This document shows, piece by piece, positions 39,784 to 49,800 of a DNA stretch of 64,000 nt. The stretch's first letter is position 1. Each line of letters opens with the position of its first letter. The notes beneath the pieces are model-generated. The model was not told the DNA's origin. It saw only the letters and a list, made by a program, of their open reading frames with translations, and ran no database searches. The DNA comes from Candidatus Ozemobacteraceae bacterium (GTDB lineage Bacteria > Muiribacteriota > Ozemobacteria > Ozemobacterales > Ozemobacteraceae), in NCBI GenBank assembly GCA_965140445.1, contig OZ223236.1, positions 4,775,191 to 4,839,190 of the forward strand. Reading direction: 5' to 3'. The position numbers and the translations under genes were made by a program.

Positions 39784-40032
39784 TCAGACAAGTTCCATAA
39801 TTACTTTTTTTGCTCCGGTGCTTGCAGAGGACCTGATAATGGTTCTCAAAGCGTTGATCGTTCTTCCTTTTTTACCGATAACCTTACCAGTATCTTCAGA
39901 ATTAACTTCAACTTCGAAAACGATAGTGCTATCGCCTTCTATTGGCTTTACGACGACCTCATCAGGGTGCTCGACTAAAGCCTTTACAAGCTTTGTAAGC
40001 ATTTCTTGAACCGGTTGAATCATGTTAATCAA
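39784..40032 (-). CDS. KH-domain RNA-binding protein (UPF0109/YlqC family)
   Basis: 82 aa with GKVIGKKGRTINALRTI; conserved position after rpsP. Confidence 0.8.
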   Translation of the reverse strand: MINMIQPVQEMLTKLVKALVEHPDEVVVKPIEGDSTIVFEVEVNSEDTGKVIGKKGRTINALRTIIRSSASTGAKKVIMELV

Positions 40033-40045
40033 AAACTCCGCTTAA

Positions 40046-40351
40046 TCAGGCGTTGTCGCGCTTAGCCCATACGAGCTTCGGACTGCCATTTTCAGCTTTA
40101 GCCTGCATTCTTACGATGCCTTTCTGGCGAAGAATGTTTTTTACAGTATCAGAAGGAACAGCACCAAGGTTGAGCAATCTGAGAGCTTCATCTTCCAGAA
40201 GTTCAATCTGAGCAGGTTGCTTCAATGGAGCATACTGTCCAAGGTTTGCAAGTGTTTTCCCGTCGCGGGTCTTGCGATTATCAAGAGCAACAATCCTGTA
40301 ATAGGGGCGATGTTTAGTACCGAGCATTTTCAGTCTAATTGAAACGGCCAT
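40046..40351 (-). CDS. rpsP: 30S ribosomal protein S16
   Basis: MAVSIRLKMLGTKHRPYYRIVALDNRKTRDG. Confidence 0.95.
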   Translation of the reverse strand: MAVSIRLKMLGTKHRPYYRIVALDNRKTRDGKTLANLGQYAPLKQPAQIELLEDEALRLLNLGAVPSDTVKNILRQKGIVRMQAKAENGSPKLVWAKRDNA

Positions 40352-40396
40352 TCTAAAAACTCCTTATAATATTCTTATGTCCGAAACTAATCGAAC

Positions 40397-41734
40397 TTAC
40401 ATTCCAAATAACTTTGAGAACCTTGATTTTTTCTTACCAAGACTACCCAGTTGTTTCATCATTTTTCTCATCTGAGAAAATTGTTTTAATAGCTGATTAA
40501 CTTCCTGAATGTCATTCCCGCTTCCTTTTGCAATGCGTTTTCTGCGAGAACCATCAATCAGATCTGGATTATTTCGTTCTTTGTTTGTCATAGAAAGAAT
40601 AATTGCTTCAAATCTTTTGAATTTACTGTCATCAAAAGACATTTCAGAAACATTAGCCATTCCAGACATGCCAGGTATCATACCAAGAAGTTGATCAAGA
40701 GGTCCCATTTTCTTAATTTGCGCAAGCTGATAAAGAAAATCGTTGAAATTAAATTCAGCCTCAAGAACACGCTTCTCCATTTCTTTCATCTTTTCTTCAT
40801 CCATGTTGGCCTGAGCTTTTTCGATGAGAGTGAGAACATCACCCATACCCAAAATTCTCTGTGCCATTCTTTCTGGATAGAAAGGTTCAAGAGCAGAAGC
40901 CTTCTCGCCAATACCAACAAACTTCACAGGCTTTCCAGTTACTTCTCTTATAGAAAGAGCAGCACCACCCCTGGCATCACCGTCAAGTTTAGTTAAAACA
41001 ATTCCAGAAAGTTCGAGCATTTCATTAAAGCTTTTTGCCATATTAACAGCATCCTGGCCCGTCATGGCATCCACCACCAACAAAACCTCATGCGCATTAG
41101 CAACTTTACGAAGCTCCCGAACTTCTTCCATCATCTGTTCATCAATATGTAATCTTCCAGCGGTGTCAAGAATAACAACATCGAAGTCGTTGTCCTTAGC
41201 ATATTCAATAGCATCAGATGCTATCTGAGCCGGTCTTACCCCTACTTCGCCCGCATAAACTTCAACGCCAAGTTGATCACCTAACACCTGGAGCTGTTTG
41301 ACCGCGGCAGGGCGATATATATCGCAAGCTACAAGAAGAGGGTTTTTCTTCTCCTGCTTACGCATATAGAGGCCTAATTTAGCAGTTGTAGTTGTTTTAC
41401 CAGAACCTTGCAAACCAGCCATCATAATGACAGTAGGTTTTTTCGGCGAAATATTAATCTTAACTCTTTCTTGTCCCAGAAGACTTGTTAGTTCTTCCAT
41501 AACAATTTTCACAACTTGTTGAGTTGGAGTTAAGCTTTTCAGTATCTCTAATCCGATAGCTTTCTCTTTTACCCGTTTTACAAAGCCCTTAACAACCCGG
41601 AAATTAACATCTGCTTCCAATAAAGCCATTTTGACTTCTGAAAGAGCAAGATCTATATCTTTTTCAGTTAATTTTCCCGATTTTCGAAGCTTGTCGAATA
41701 CGGTTGAAAGCTTGTCAGAAAGGTTCTGAAACAT
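40397..41734 (-). CDS. ffh: Signal recognition particle protein Ffh
   Basis: 445 aa. NG domain with GLQGSGKTTT, DTAGR and TKLDG, plus a Met-rich M domain. Confidence 0.95.
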   Translation of the reverse strand: MFQNLSDKLSTVFDKLRKSGKLTEKDIDLALSEVKMALLEADVNFRVVKGFVKRVKEKAIGLEILKSLTPTQQVVKIVMEELTSLLGQERVKINISPKKPTVIMMAGLQGSGKTTTTAKLGLYMRKQEKKNPLLVACDIYRPAAVKQLQVLGDQLGVEVYAGEVGVRPAQIASDAIEYAKDNDFDVVILDTAGRLHIDEQMMEEVRELRKVANAHEVLLVVDAMTGQDAVNMAKSFNEMLELSGIVLTKLDGDARGGAALSIREVTGKPVKFVGIGEKASALEPFYPERMAQRILGMGDVLTLIEKAQANMDEEKMKEMEKRVLEAEFNFNDFLYQLAQIKKMGPLDQLLGMIPGMSGMANVSEMSFDDSKFKRFEAIILSMTNKERNNPDLIDGSRRKRIAKGSGNDIQEVNQLLKQFSQMRKMMKQLGSLGKKKSRFSKLFGM

Positions 41735-41893
41735 GAACTACTCCTTTTACATATTACCTGCTACAGGCAGGATGGAACGTCTAGTATATCCCAAGGAAGG
41801 TATTAAGTCAAGAATATTAGGTACCCTTTTAGCTAAGTCGTACCTTAAATTTTATTTTTTTTTAGGATTTTAACAAAATTGTTCTCTTTTTTG

Positions 41894-41923
41894 TTGACAG
41901 GTTTTTTATTCTATGCCTATATT
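41894..41923 (+). promoter_or_regulatory. Sigma-70-type promoter for the acidic-protein gene
   Basis: TTGACA (41894..41899), 18-nt spacer, TATATT (41918..41923); about 55 nt upstream of the ATG. Confidence 0.5.
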
Positions 41924-41978
41924 GCATTCAAATAATCATTAATAATTACTTTGCTTAAAACAGAAAGGGGTTTTCGTC

Positions 41979-42344
41979 ATGCCAAAAAAATATGAATTTA
42001 TTGAAATTAAAGCTCTTGCTTCTCAAACCGACTGGGAAGACCTGGACGATGATGAAGAAGAAGACGAGGAAGAGGAATACGACGATTTTGACGACGATGA
42101 ATTCTTAGATGAAGATGAAGAAGAAGACATCGACGACGATGAGGACGAAGACGATTTCGACGACGATGAAGACGAAGACGACTTTGATGACGACGATGAA
42201 GATGAAGACGACTTTGACGATGATGACGACTTCATTGAAGAAGAAGAAGACGAAGATGATTTAGACGAAGAAGATTTGGATGATGATGACTTCGACGACT
42301 TTGACGATGAAGAAGATGATCTCGAAGACGAAGATGATGACTAA
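41979..42344 (+). CDS. Extremely acidic low-complexity protein (about three quarters Asp/Glu)
   Basis: 121 aa. A normal 20-aa N-terminus (MPKKYEFIEIKALASQTDWE) precedes D/E runs punctuated by Phe/Leu/Ile (EDEDDFDDD repeated). It has its own promoter, a GGGG RBS and a terminator. Confidence 0.7.
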   Translation: MPKKYEFIEIKALASQTDWEDLDDDEEEDEEEEYDDFDDDEFLDEDEEEDIDDDEDEDDFDDDEDEDDFDDDDEDEDDFDDDDDFIEEEEDEDDLDEEDLDDDDFDDFDDEEDDLEDEDDD

Positions 42345-42367
42345 TCGTTAAAATAATAGATAATCAT

Positions 42368-42401
42368 AAAAAAACCGCCCTTTACCGGCGGCTTTTTTTT
42401 T
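42368..42401. terminator. Rho-independent terminator (A7-hairpin-T9), serves the acidic-protein gene
   Basis: CCGCC/GGCGG stem (42375..42391) flanked by an A-run and T9. Confidence 0.6.
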
Positions 42402-42423
42402 ATACAGACAATTTCGTAAAAAT

Positions 42424-42455
42424 AAAAAAAAAGCGGCTTCCGCCGCTTTTTTTTT
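42424..42455. terminator. Rho-independent terminator (A9-hairpin-T9), serves the convergent 195-aa gene
   Basis: GCGGC-TTCC-GCCGC hairpin (42433..42446) flanked by A9 and T9. Confidence 0.6.
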
Positions 42456-43041
42456 AAAAATTCTTTCTTTGAAGCCAATACCTAGCTTTCTCTTCTTCAA
42501 GAATGCGACCCATATCGCTCTCTGAAATTCCAAATTCCTTAATATCCGGGCGACTAACCAGCCAAACCCAATCTTCATGGCCCCACTGACCACTTTTGGA
42601 AATTACAAACTCCCTCAATTTACCCAGCAATATTTCTTCTGGACTAAGTTTGTGCATTACACTAGGTTTTGGAGCTTCTTGAACGGGTGCTTTTACAGGA
42701 GCTGGAGCCTTTTCTTCAAATCCAACAAAGGAATAAACTTTTAAGCCACTTCTCTTACCCTTTTCCTGAAGGTATTTTTCTCGAACCATGGCCTGAAAAA
42801 GACGGTACATTGAGCCCTTTTCATTTTTGTCCAATTTACTCTTAAAAAGATCTCTATTAACATCGTTAGCAGTAAAGTCATCTTTACCTTCAACGTATTT
42901 CATAATCTTTCGAACATTCTTAGAAATAACCTGATGCAGGTGGATGTTTCTATCCTGGTCACATCGGCGTTTATTGCGCGTGCCCTCTACAACACCTTTG
43001 CAAAAGGGAAGTTCACAAGTTCTTTTTCGTCCCACGATCAT
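42454..43041 (-). CDS. Hypothetical basic protein
   Basis: 195 aa. Cys/His-containing basic N-terminus (CELPFCKG...RRCDQDRNIHLH), an AP-rich linker and a Trp-rich C-terminus. No family recognised. Confidence 0.5.
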   Translation of the reverse strand: MIVGRKRTCELPFCKGVVEGTRNKRRCDQDRNIHLHQVISKNVRKIMKYVEGKDDFTANDVNRDLFKSKLDKNEKGSMYRLFQAMVREKYLQEKGKRSGLKVYSFVGFEEKAPAPVKAPVQEAPKPSVMHKLSPEEILLGKLREFVISKSGQWGHEDWVWLVSRPDIKEFGISESDMGRILEEEKARYWLQRKNF

Positions 43042-43259
43042 ACCTCTACATTAAATTCGTATGGTTATACACAAAATACACCCTAAACTTATCGACTATA
43101 GAGTAACTATAGCTTAAAAACTTGTCAACATTTTTTGTAAATTTTCGCATGTACGCCGTCCAAATTTAAACGACTTTTTTCAATTCAAAGCGTTGCTTGG
43201 CGGTCATTTGAAGCTATTCAAAAATAAAATCTAGTGGACAACGTGCGACATAAACACAT

Positions 43260-43808
43260 TCACTTTACAATCTTTATGGAATAGCCATCTGCCTGAAAAA
43301 AATTACCAAATTTATTCTGACCAGGAAAATCGTCAAATTCGTTTTTATCCAGGTAGTTTGTGTCTGAGGACAATTTTGTATCTGCAGATGGCTTCCAACC
43401 GTCTATCGATCCATCATTAACCTCAAAACTGGTGTTTGTAGCAAGATTCTTTGAAGACCTCCAGAAATATTCATCATTTAGCCCCCACAAATAATGAGGA
43501 ATCGTTGGATCTGAAATATCATCTTCATTCAAGTAGCCATCATTTTTCAACTGAGTAAGAGCTGCAATTATAAGCGCTTTATTGCTAAGATCAGGATCAT
43601 AAGTTGGATCTGCGGTTCTCTTTAAATCAAACGCTTCGCGTATCTGTGAAAGATTTACCTGCAAACGATTTTCTTTCTCCCTTCTAACTTTGATCTCTTC
43701 CTCAGGAAGCAATCTGGTAGCGATAATTCCCATAACGATCATGCCAACCATTAGCAAAATCATTAAAGTGCCCCTTCGTTTATTTACTGATGAATATTTA
43801 CCATTCAT
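43260..43808 (-). CDS. Pseudopilin-like protein with a degenerate N-terminus (GspG-fold-like)
   Basis: MNGKYSSVNKRRGTLMILLMVGMIVMGIIATRLLP followed by EKENRLQVNLSQIREAFDL. This is a pilin-type N-terminal helix but lacks the G/FTLxE site. The ATG at 43808 lies inside the last codons of the giant gene. Confidence 0.45.
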   Translation of the reverse strand: MNGKYSSVNKRRGTLMILLMVGMIVMGIIATRLLPEEEIKVRREKENRLQVNLSQIREAFDLKRTADPTYDPDLSNKALIIAALTQLKNDGYLNEDDISDPTIPHYLWGLNDEYFWRSSKNLATNTSFEVNDGSIDGWKPSADTKLSSDTNYLDKNEFDDFPGQNKFGNFFQADGYSIKIVK

Positions 43809-46800
43809 AATAGCTATTATCCCCACCAATAGTCTTTTCAAGAGTTGGTGAAATTAAGTGACCAGCCGGGTGAAAACTGGAAGGCTTTGGAATACCCGTT
43901 TCAGATAATTTCTCAAGCTGAACTCCATCAAACCACACCGCTGCCGGATCTCCAACACCCAAACTATTATTTTGTAAAACAATGTGAGTTGATGCAAATG
44001 GCATCGGCTCTGTATAAGTTAAATCAAAGGTAATAAAAACTCTGTAAAATTTCATATTTGTTTCAGCTGGATAATCTGGATGATTAAATGGAACAGTCTC
44101 AACAATACCTGAATCTACCAAACCCGCGCTAGGAATAACGGTTCCGTCAGCAAGAACCTTGATTCCTATTGTCGTTACAGGCTCTCCAGCCGAATCTGCC
44201 ATCACAAAAGCCAAACTAGCCGATCCGGAACCCGGGCACACCCACGCAGACAAAGCGAACCTATTATTTGGCGCCAAAGCTGAAAAAGTTGTCGTAGCTA
44301 TTTCCTGGGAAATACTTCCAGAAGCGATATTTATTCCACCCGTATCGCCAGCAATAACTTCACAAATAAAATCACAAACATCTGACGGACTCCCTGGTAA
44401 AGCTGCAGATAGAGTTTGAGGCCCATCAGGACCATACACACCAAGCTCTTGAGCAGGATCAGGAACAATATCAACCGTGCTGGTCCCGTAAGCACCAGGC
44501 GGAACTGGATCTGGAGAATAATTACCTGGGTTCACGATATCGGTATCAGGAATACTAAAAGCCCCAAAGTTCAATGCAGAAAAACTCCAGTTAAAATTCG
44601 TTAAAGATGTATTCCCAAGATTTCTAAATCCTATTTCTTTCGTTACCGAAGCTCCCTGAGCAATCTGACCAAAGTCTAATGTTGCATCAAGAATGTCAAT
44701 CTGATAAACAGGATTAATTGAAACAACAACATTAAAGGAAGCAGAAGCCTCCGCAGATTGAATATTTCCATCTGAATTATCATCTTCCCAAACCGAAGCT
44801 GTAGCAACATATTGTCCCGGAGGAGTATAATTGCCAACGTCAACAATAGCTGAGCATGATCGGCTTCCACCACCTGCAATACTAAAAGATCCAGCAGGGG
44901 TAAAGCTAAGGCTTGCAACAGGCATAGAATATGTTGCAATTGACAGAGGTGAATCAATCTTCCATTTCACTTTTGATAAAGGCACAGAAGTTCCACTGTA
45001 TACAGTAAAGCTCTGCGAATAACTACTACCTGGATTTCTTGCACCAAAATCAATGGCCGGATTAGAAGGATCTGTTTCATAAACAGATTTTTTACCAATT
45101 CTTAACAGAATTTCAAACAAATCAAATTCTTCAGCCGCATCCCAAAGAGAATTTGCTGCATTATAGTCATCATAAACTCTTTGATTTCCGGTATATGTTC
45201 CATCTGCCTGATTACTATCAATCACAACCGTAACTGTTGCCAAAGCTGAGGCACCAACAGGAAGAACGCCCAAAGAAACCGGGTTAAAAGTAATATTTCC
45301 AGCTGGAATATTTGTAAAACCAAAAATTATATCAGCTGACAGCGGTCTTACTTCAGTCAAATCAACGTTTCCAGCATTAACGACCTCTATTTGCCCCTCT
45401 ACGGTTGTATTTTCTGAACCCCAGCCCAGATCCAACTGAGTTTGAACCACATCCACCACTCTGGCTGAATTTACAGTAAGTTGCAGAGAAATTGTATCGG
45501 TTGCTTCCGCTGGATCAATCTGATTATTACTATTGGAATCTTCCCATACCGTTAGCTGAGCAAGATAAATACCTGCAGATGCATTTGCCGGAATATTTAC
45601 ATACCATTGCCCCTGTTTAGTTTGAGTTGATAGTATTGCTCCTAAAGACGACGGAACAAAAACATTCCTTGTTGCTGGAATATTAATAGGACCAGGAGCT
45701 GAAGGGATTAAAACAGTCCCGGTTGCTTTTGGATTAGAAAGTGAAAGAGAGCCTGTATTCTTAACATTAAATAAAATTGAAGTCGATTGAGCATTTGGGT
45801 CCCCTGGAGAAACCAGACTTGGCTCCAAAATATCAATTTTCTGCTCACCTATCTGACAGCGAACCTTAAACGTATATTCTGCTTCATCAACATTTCTTGT
45901 AAGATTGGCCGGGTTAAAGTCGTCATAAATCCAATAATTTGGCGCAACACTCAGATATGAACCAAAAGTTTGTCCCAGCGGCACAGTCAATTGAATATCA
46001 TGATTAAAGAATTGCCCTGCTGCAACAGTGAATGGTTCAGCAGGAGGAAAATTCACCTGAGCAGATGGAACAGTATTTGCTCCTGATACAAGATTTTGCT
46101 TTTCCCACCTTAGATCGGTCAAAGTAACATTTCCAATATTTCTACATGGAAAAGAAACTGTTCGGCTATTTCCGGGCGCAACACCACCAATGTCTACGGT
46201 TGGAATCAAAACCTGAATAAGCCTTACCAATGGAACATCAACCTGCAAAACAAATGTAGCTGACGCTTCAGAAGGGTCCCAGACCCCATTCAGGTTATTG
46301 TCTTCAAAAATAACCTGAGTGCCACTAAATAATCCCGCTGCTGTACCAGCTGGAACAAATAGCCTCATCTCGACCGGAACACTATCACCTGCATTTATAG
46401 GCAAAGAAATAGCGGGGTTAATTCCAATCCCGGAAGATGCAATTTCATTACCCAGTCCATCAGTTAACGGACTGAAAATACTTTTTAGCTTATTTAAAGC
46501 CAGCATTCCGGTATTATTAAGCGTGGGACCAAAGCCAGTTACAACAGTTGAAGGAGTCCCAATACCTGCGTCTACCGGAGAAGGCAATAAAGAAAAGCTT
46601 TTCCCACCAACCTGGACAGAAACCTGAAATGTGTCGCTAGCTTCAGAGGCATCAACAATATCATCTGAATTTTCATCATTCCACAAAGTCCAGGTCGCTA
46701 TATAACTGCCATTTGGCCCAACTGAAATAGTAGAAGAAACACTTGCCACAATTGATCCTGTTTTGGCTAATGGCCCAGGATTCACAGGATTAAGAAAAAT

Positions 46801-49800
46801 AGGAAATGTGTTTGTGGCGGTAATCTGCTTAAACTTCAAATTATCCAGAGGAAGATTTCCCCCGCTAAATGCAAATAGCTGTTTCTCTGAAGTTGTCTCA
46901 CCTATACTCCATCCACCAAGGTCAATCTTGTCATTCACAATAAAAATTCTCTTACAGGGAGGCACAGTAACAATGAACTGAAAAAGGTCATAAACCTCAT
47001 CAATATCAAAGCTACTATTTGCATTTCTATCATTAAAAAGTGACATGGTAGCAATATAGGTTCCCGCAGGTTGATTATAAGGAACAAATAAACTTCCCGA
47101 AGCAGCCACAGAACCTCCTGCCGCAATAGCTCCAACCGGAGAAGGGCTGAAGCTCAAATTTGCTTTACCTATTTTCTCGGACCCAGGCCCGTTCAAATCC
47201 GTTGTAATCCATTGCACATCGTCTAATGGGTAGTTTCCCGTGTTGTCCACCCCAGTATTTTCCATGGTCGCGTCTCCACAGAGAATAGATCCGAAATCCA
47301 AGGTAGCAGAAGACAAATCCATAGCTCGGCGATAAATAACCAGATTATTCGAAGTGGCCAGGTTGGAGGTCACAGTAGCATTTGTATTTAGATCCCTTCC
47401 TTGAAGCGAAAAAGCTGCGTCACCTGTCAGACTATAATTGCCAGCAAGACCAGTATCTTGAGTTGCTTTATATTCCCATGTGATCTGCTGACTATCCTGA
47501 GCAACCACATCAACATATGTTGGAGTCGGACCGCTCACCAGTTCGGCATCCCCAACAGCTCCACCAGCCAGAGTAAGTAATGAAGGAACGGCTGAAGCAA
47601 TAGTAGATCCATTAACAACAGTATTAGTTGCAACCATAGTTACAGTGAAATTTTCACCAACAAAAACACTTGCTGGTGTAATCGTTAAATCAGTCGTTAA
47701 ATTACCCTGATTTTGAACTTTAAAATATTGCAAACCAAGCATATTCCCACGCGTAGTGCTACTTGAATCAGCATCATCCTCAATAATAACACTCCAATCA
47801 CCAATTGCTGCGGTAACCGGAAGAGTTCTAAGATAATCCACATATCCATTAACATCAGCGGCCAAAGGTGGAGAAACATTTTCCCATCCGGTTGGCCCCG
47901 TTCCTGCTTGTGGAATCATCGAGTTATAAAGTCTGATGCGATACCACTGAGACCCTGGAGTTAATCCAGAAGCACGAATATAAACGGTTTGCGTCCTGTT
48001 AAAGTTATCCTGCAAAGGATCAAAATCACTATCCGCTGAAAGCACAATCCCAACCGGATCTATTGTCCAGCTATCATTTGGAGTCAATGCGTTCAAAAGA
48101 GTAGTTGATGCTGGCCAGTTGCTGTCATAATATTGAATTTCAGCAGAGAAATTGCTTAAACCCGTTGCTGAATCCGGAGCAACTGAAACATCATAAGTTA
48201 GAGTTGTGGTAACCCCGCTAGGTATTGAAAGCGGCAAAGCAGGCGAAGTTAAAACCTGGCCGAAAGTTCCGAGGGTAAAACTTAAACTGGCCACATCTAC
48301 AACAGCTGTGGATTGTCCATTGTTTCTAACATCCACAGTTACCTGAAGGTTCTTCTGATTAAGATACACAACTGTTGGAACAGCACTCACATTCTGGACA
48401 GACAAACTTGGAGGAGTTTGAATTAAACATATATTGCTGGTAACCGCCGGACTAGTTAAGAAATCATTGGAATTAGCGTCGAAACCATAAGCAGTAGCAG
48501 AAGCTGAAAAGTTCCCTGGAGTTAGAGCACTAAAATTCCAGGTCATGGTTGCCTGAGAATTACCAGCTACATTAATAACTGCCGGATTTGGCCCGCCAGT
48601 AGTAGAAACAGTTCCAGGTCCATTCAACTGAAGAGTGCTGGCATATCCACTTGAGATTTCTGCCCCTCCGGAGTTAATGAAGGTGAGACTTGCAATAAAA
48701 GGCTGCCCGACTGATACAGTCGATGGAAGCAACATTGAAATAGTAAGGGCTGCAGGAGAAACCACCTCAAACTTATTTTCGCAGGAAACAATAGTTCCAA
48801 TGGGGTTGGTTATTTGAATGGCCCAGTCTCCATAAGGAGAAGCCGGAGACAAAGAATATTCATGATAAAGGGTTCCTGAAGCATTTGCCGTTAGAGGGCT
48901 GGAAGAAGCAACTTCTACGCCGAAAGGATCGAGCCATCTTACAACAAACTCTCCCCATGGAAGCAAATCTTCCCCTTTAGCATAAACCTCTGTCGTTCCA
49001 ACTGTTGGTTTATTAAAACTTGCTGATGGATACAAAAAAGAAGCATCTTTATAACTGTTAATTTTTTCTGCAAGAATTGTCCAGCTTGCTGGTAAAAGCG
49101 CATTAGAATACGAAATTGGGAATAAAGTATTATTATCTGTTCCAGTTACGTCTGCATCAACCACTGAGGTTCCCGTTGCGGAAACAGGAGATATATCTAC
49201 CCCGTATCTAGCTTTAGTTTCTAAACCGCCAGGAATAGCCAGCGGAAAAACAGTATTAGCATAAACATCATCATAAGTACCAAGGGAAAAATGCGAAAGC
49301 AGATCTGAACTAGTCCAGTTTGCAATAGCCTCCCCAGGATTTGAAACCCTAATAAACACAGGGGTATTGGTTTGCCCTCTATAAACTGTAGACGAAGCTG
49401 TAACTTCCTCAATAACAAGCTGGGCAGGGTTCTGAATAGTCCACGAGTCGGTAATGCTTGCCACAAGATCTTCGGTCAATTTTCCTGAAAAAGTATTTGT
49501 GCCAGACGCAGTGGCACCAATAATTGCAACTCCAGAAGGGTTAACAGGTAAAATATTAACAGTTACGGTGGCTGTAAAACTTGATAGTCCATTAATCACA
49601 GTGCCAAGCGCCGGGCTGGTGATTAATTGAGTATAAGTCCCCAGGGTAAATGTTAAAGACGCCACATCAAAGGTATATGGAGTTTCGCCCTGGTTTTCAA
49701 AATAAATCCTGACAGGAATACCATTTTGCCCTTTGTTCACGTGGGTTGGATAAGTTTCAACCTGGGTAATAACAAGGTTCGCCTTACTTCTAACCCACCA

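Noticed and set aside
42023-42235. 70-aa poly-serine ORF on the minus strand.
   Set aside because: It is the antisense shadow of the GAN-rich acidic-protein gene, with no RBS or promoter of its own.
43042-43259. Candidate promoter and CTATAG-containing repeats (gACTATAGagtaACTATAGc) upstream of the 195-aa gene.
   Set aside because: A TTGACA is present on the minus strand, but no -10 element lies at acceptable spacing. The repeat is short and its significance cannot be judged.
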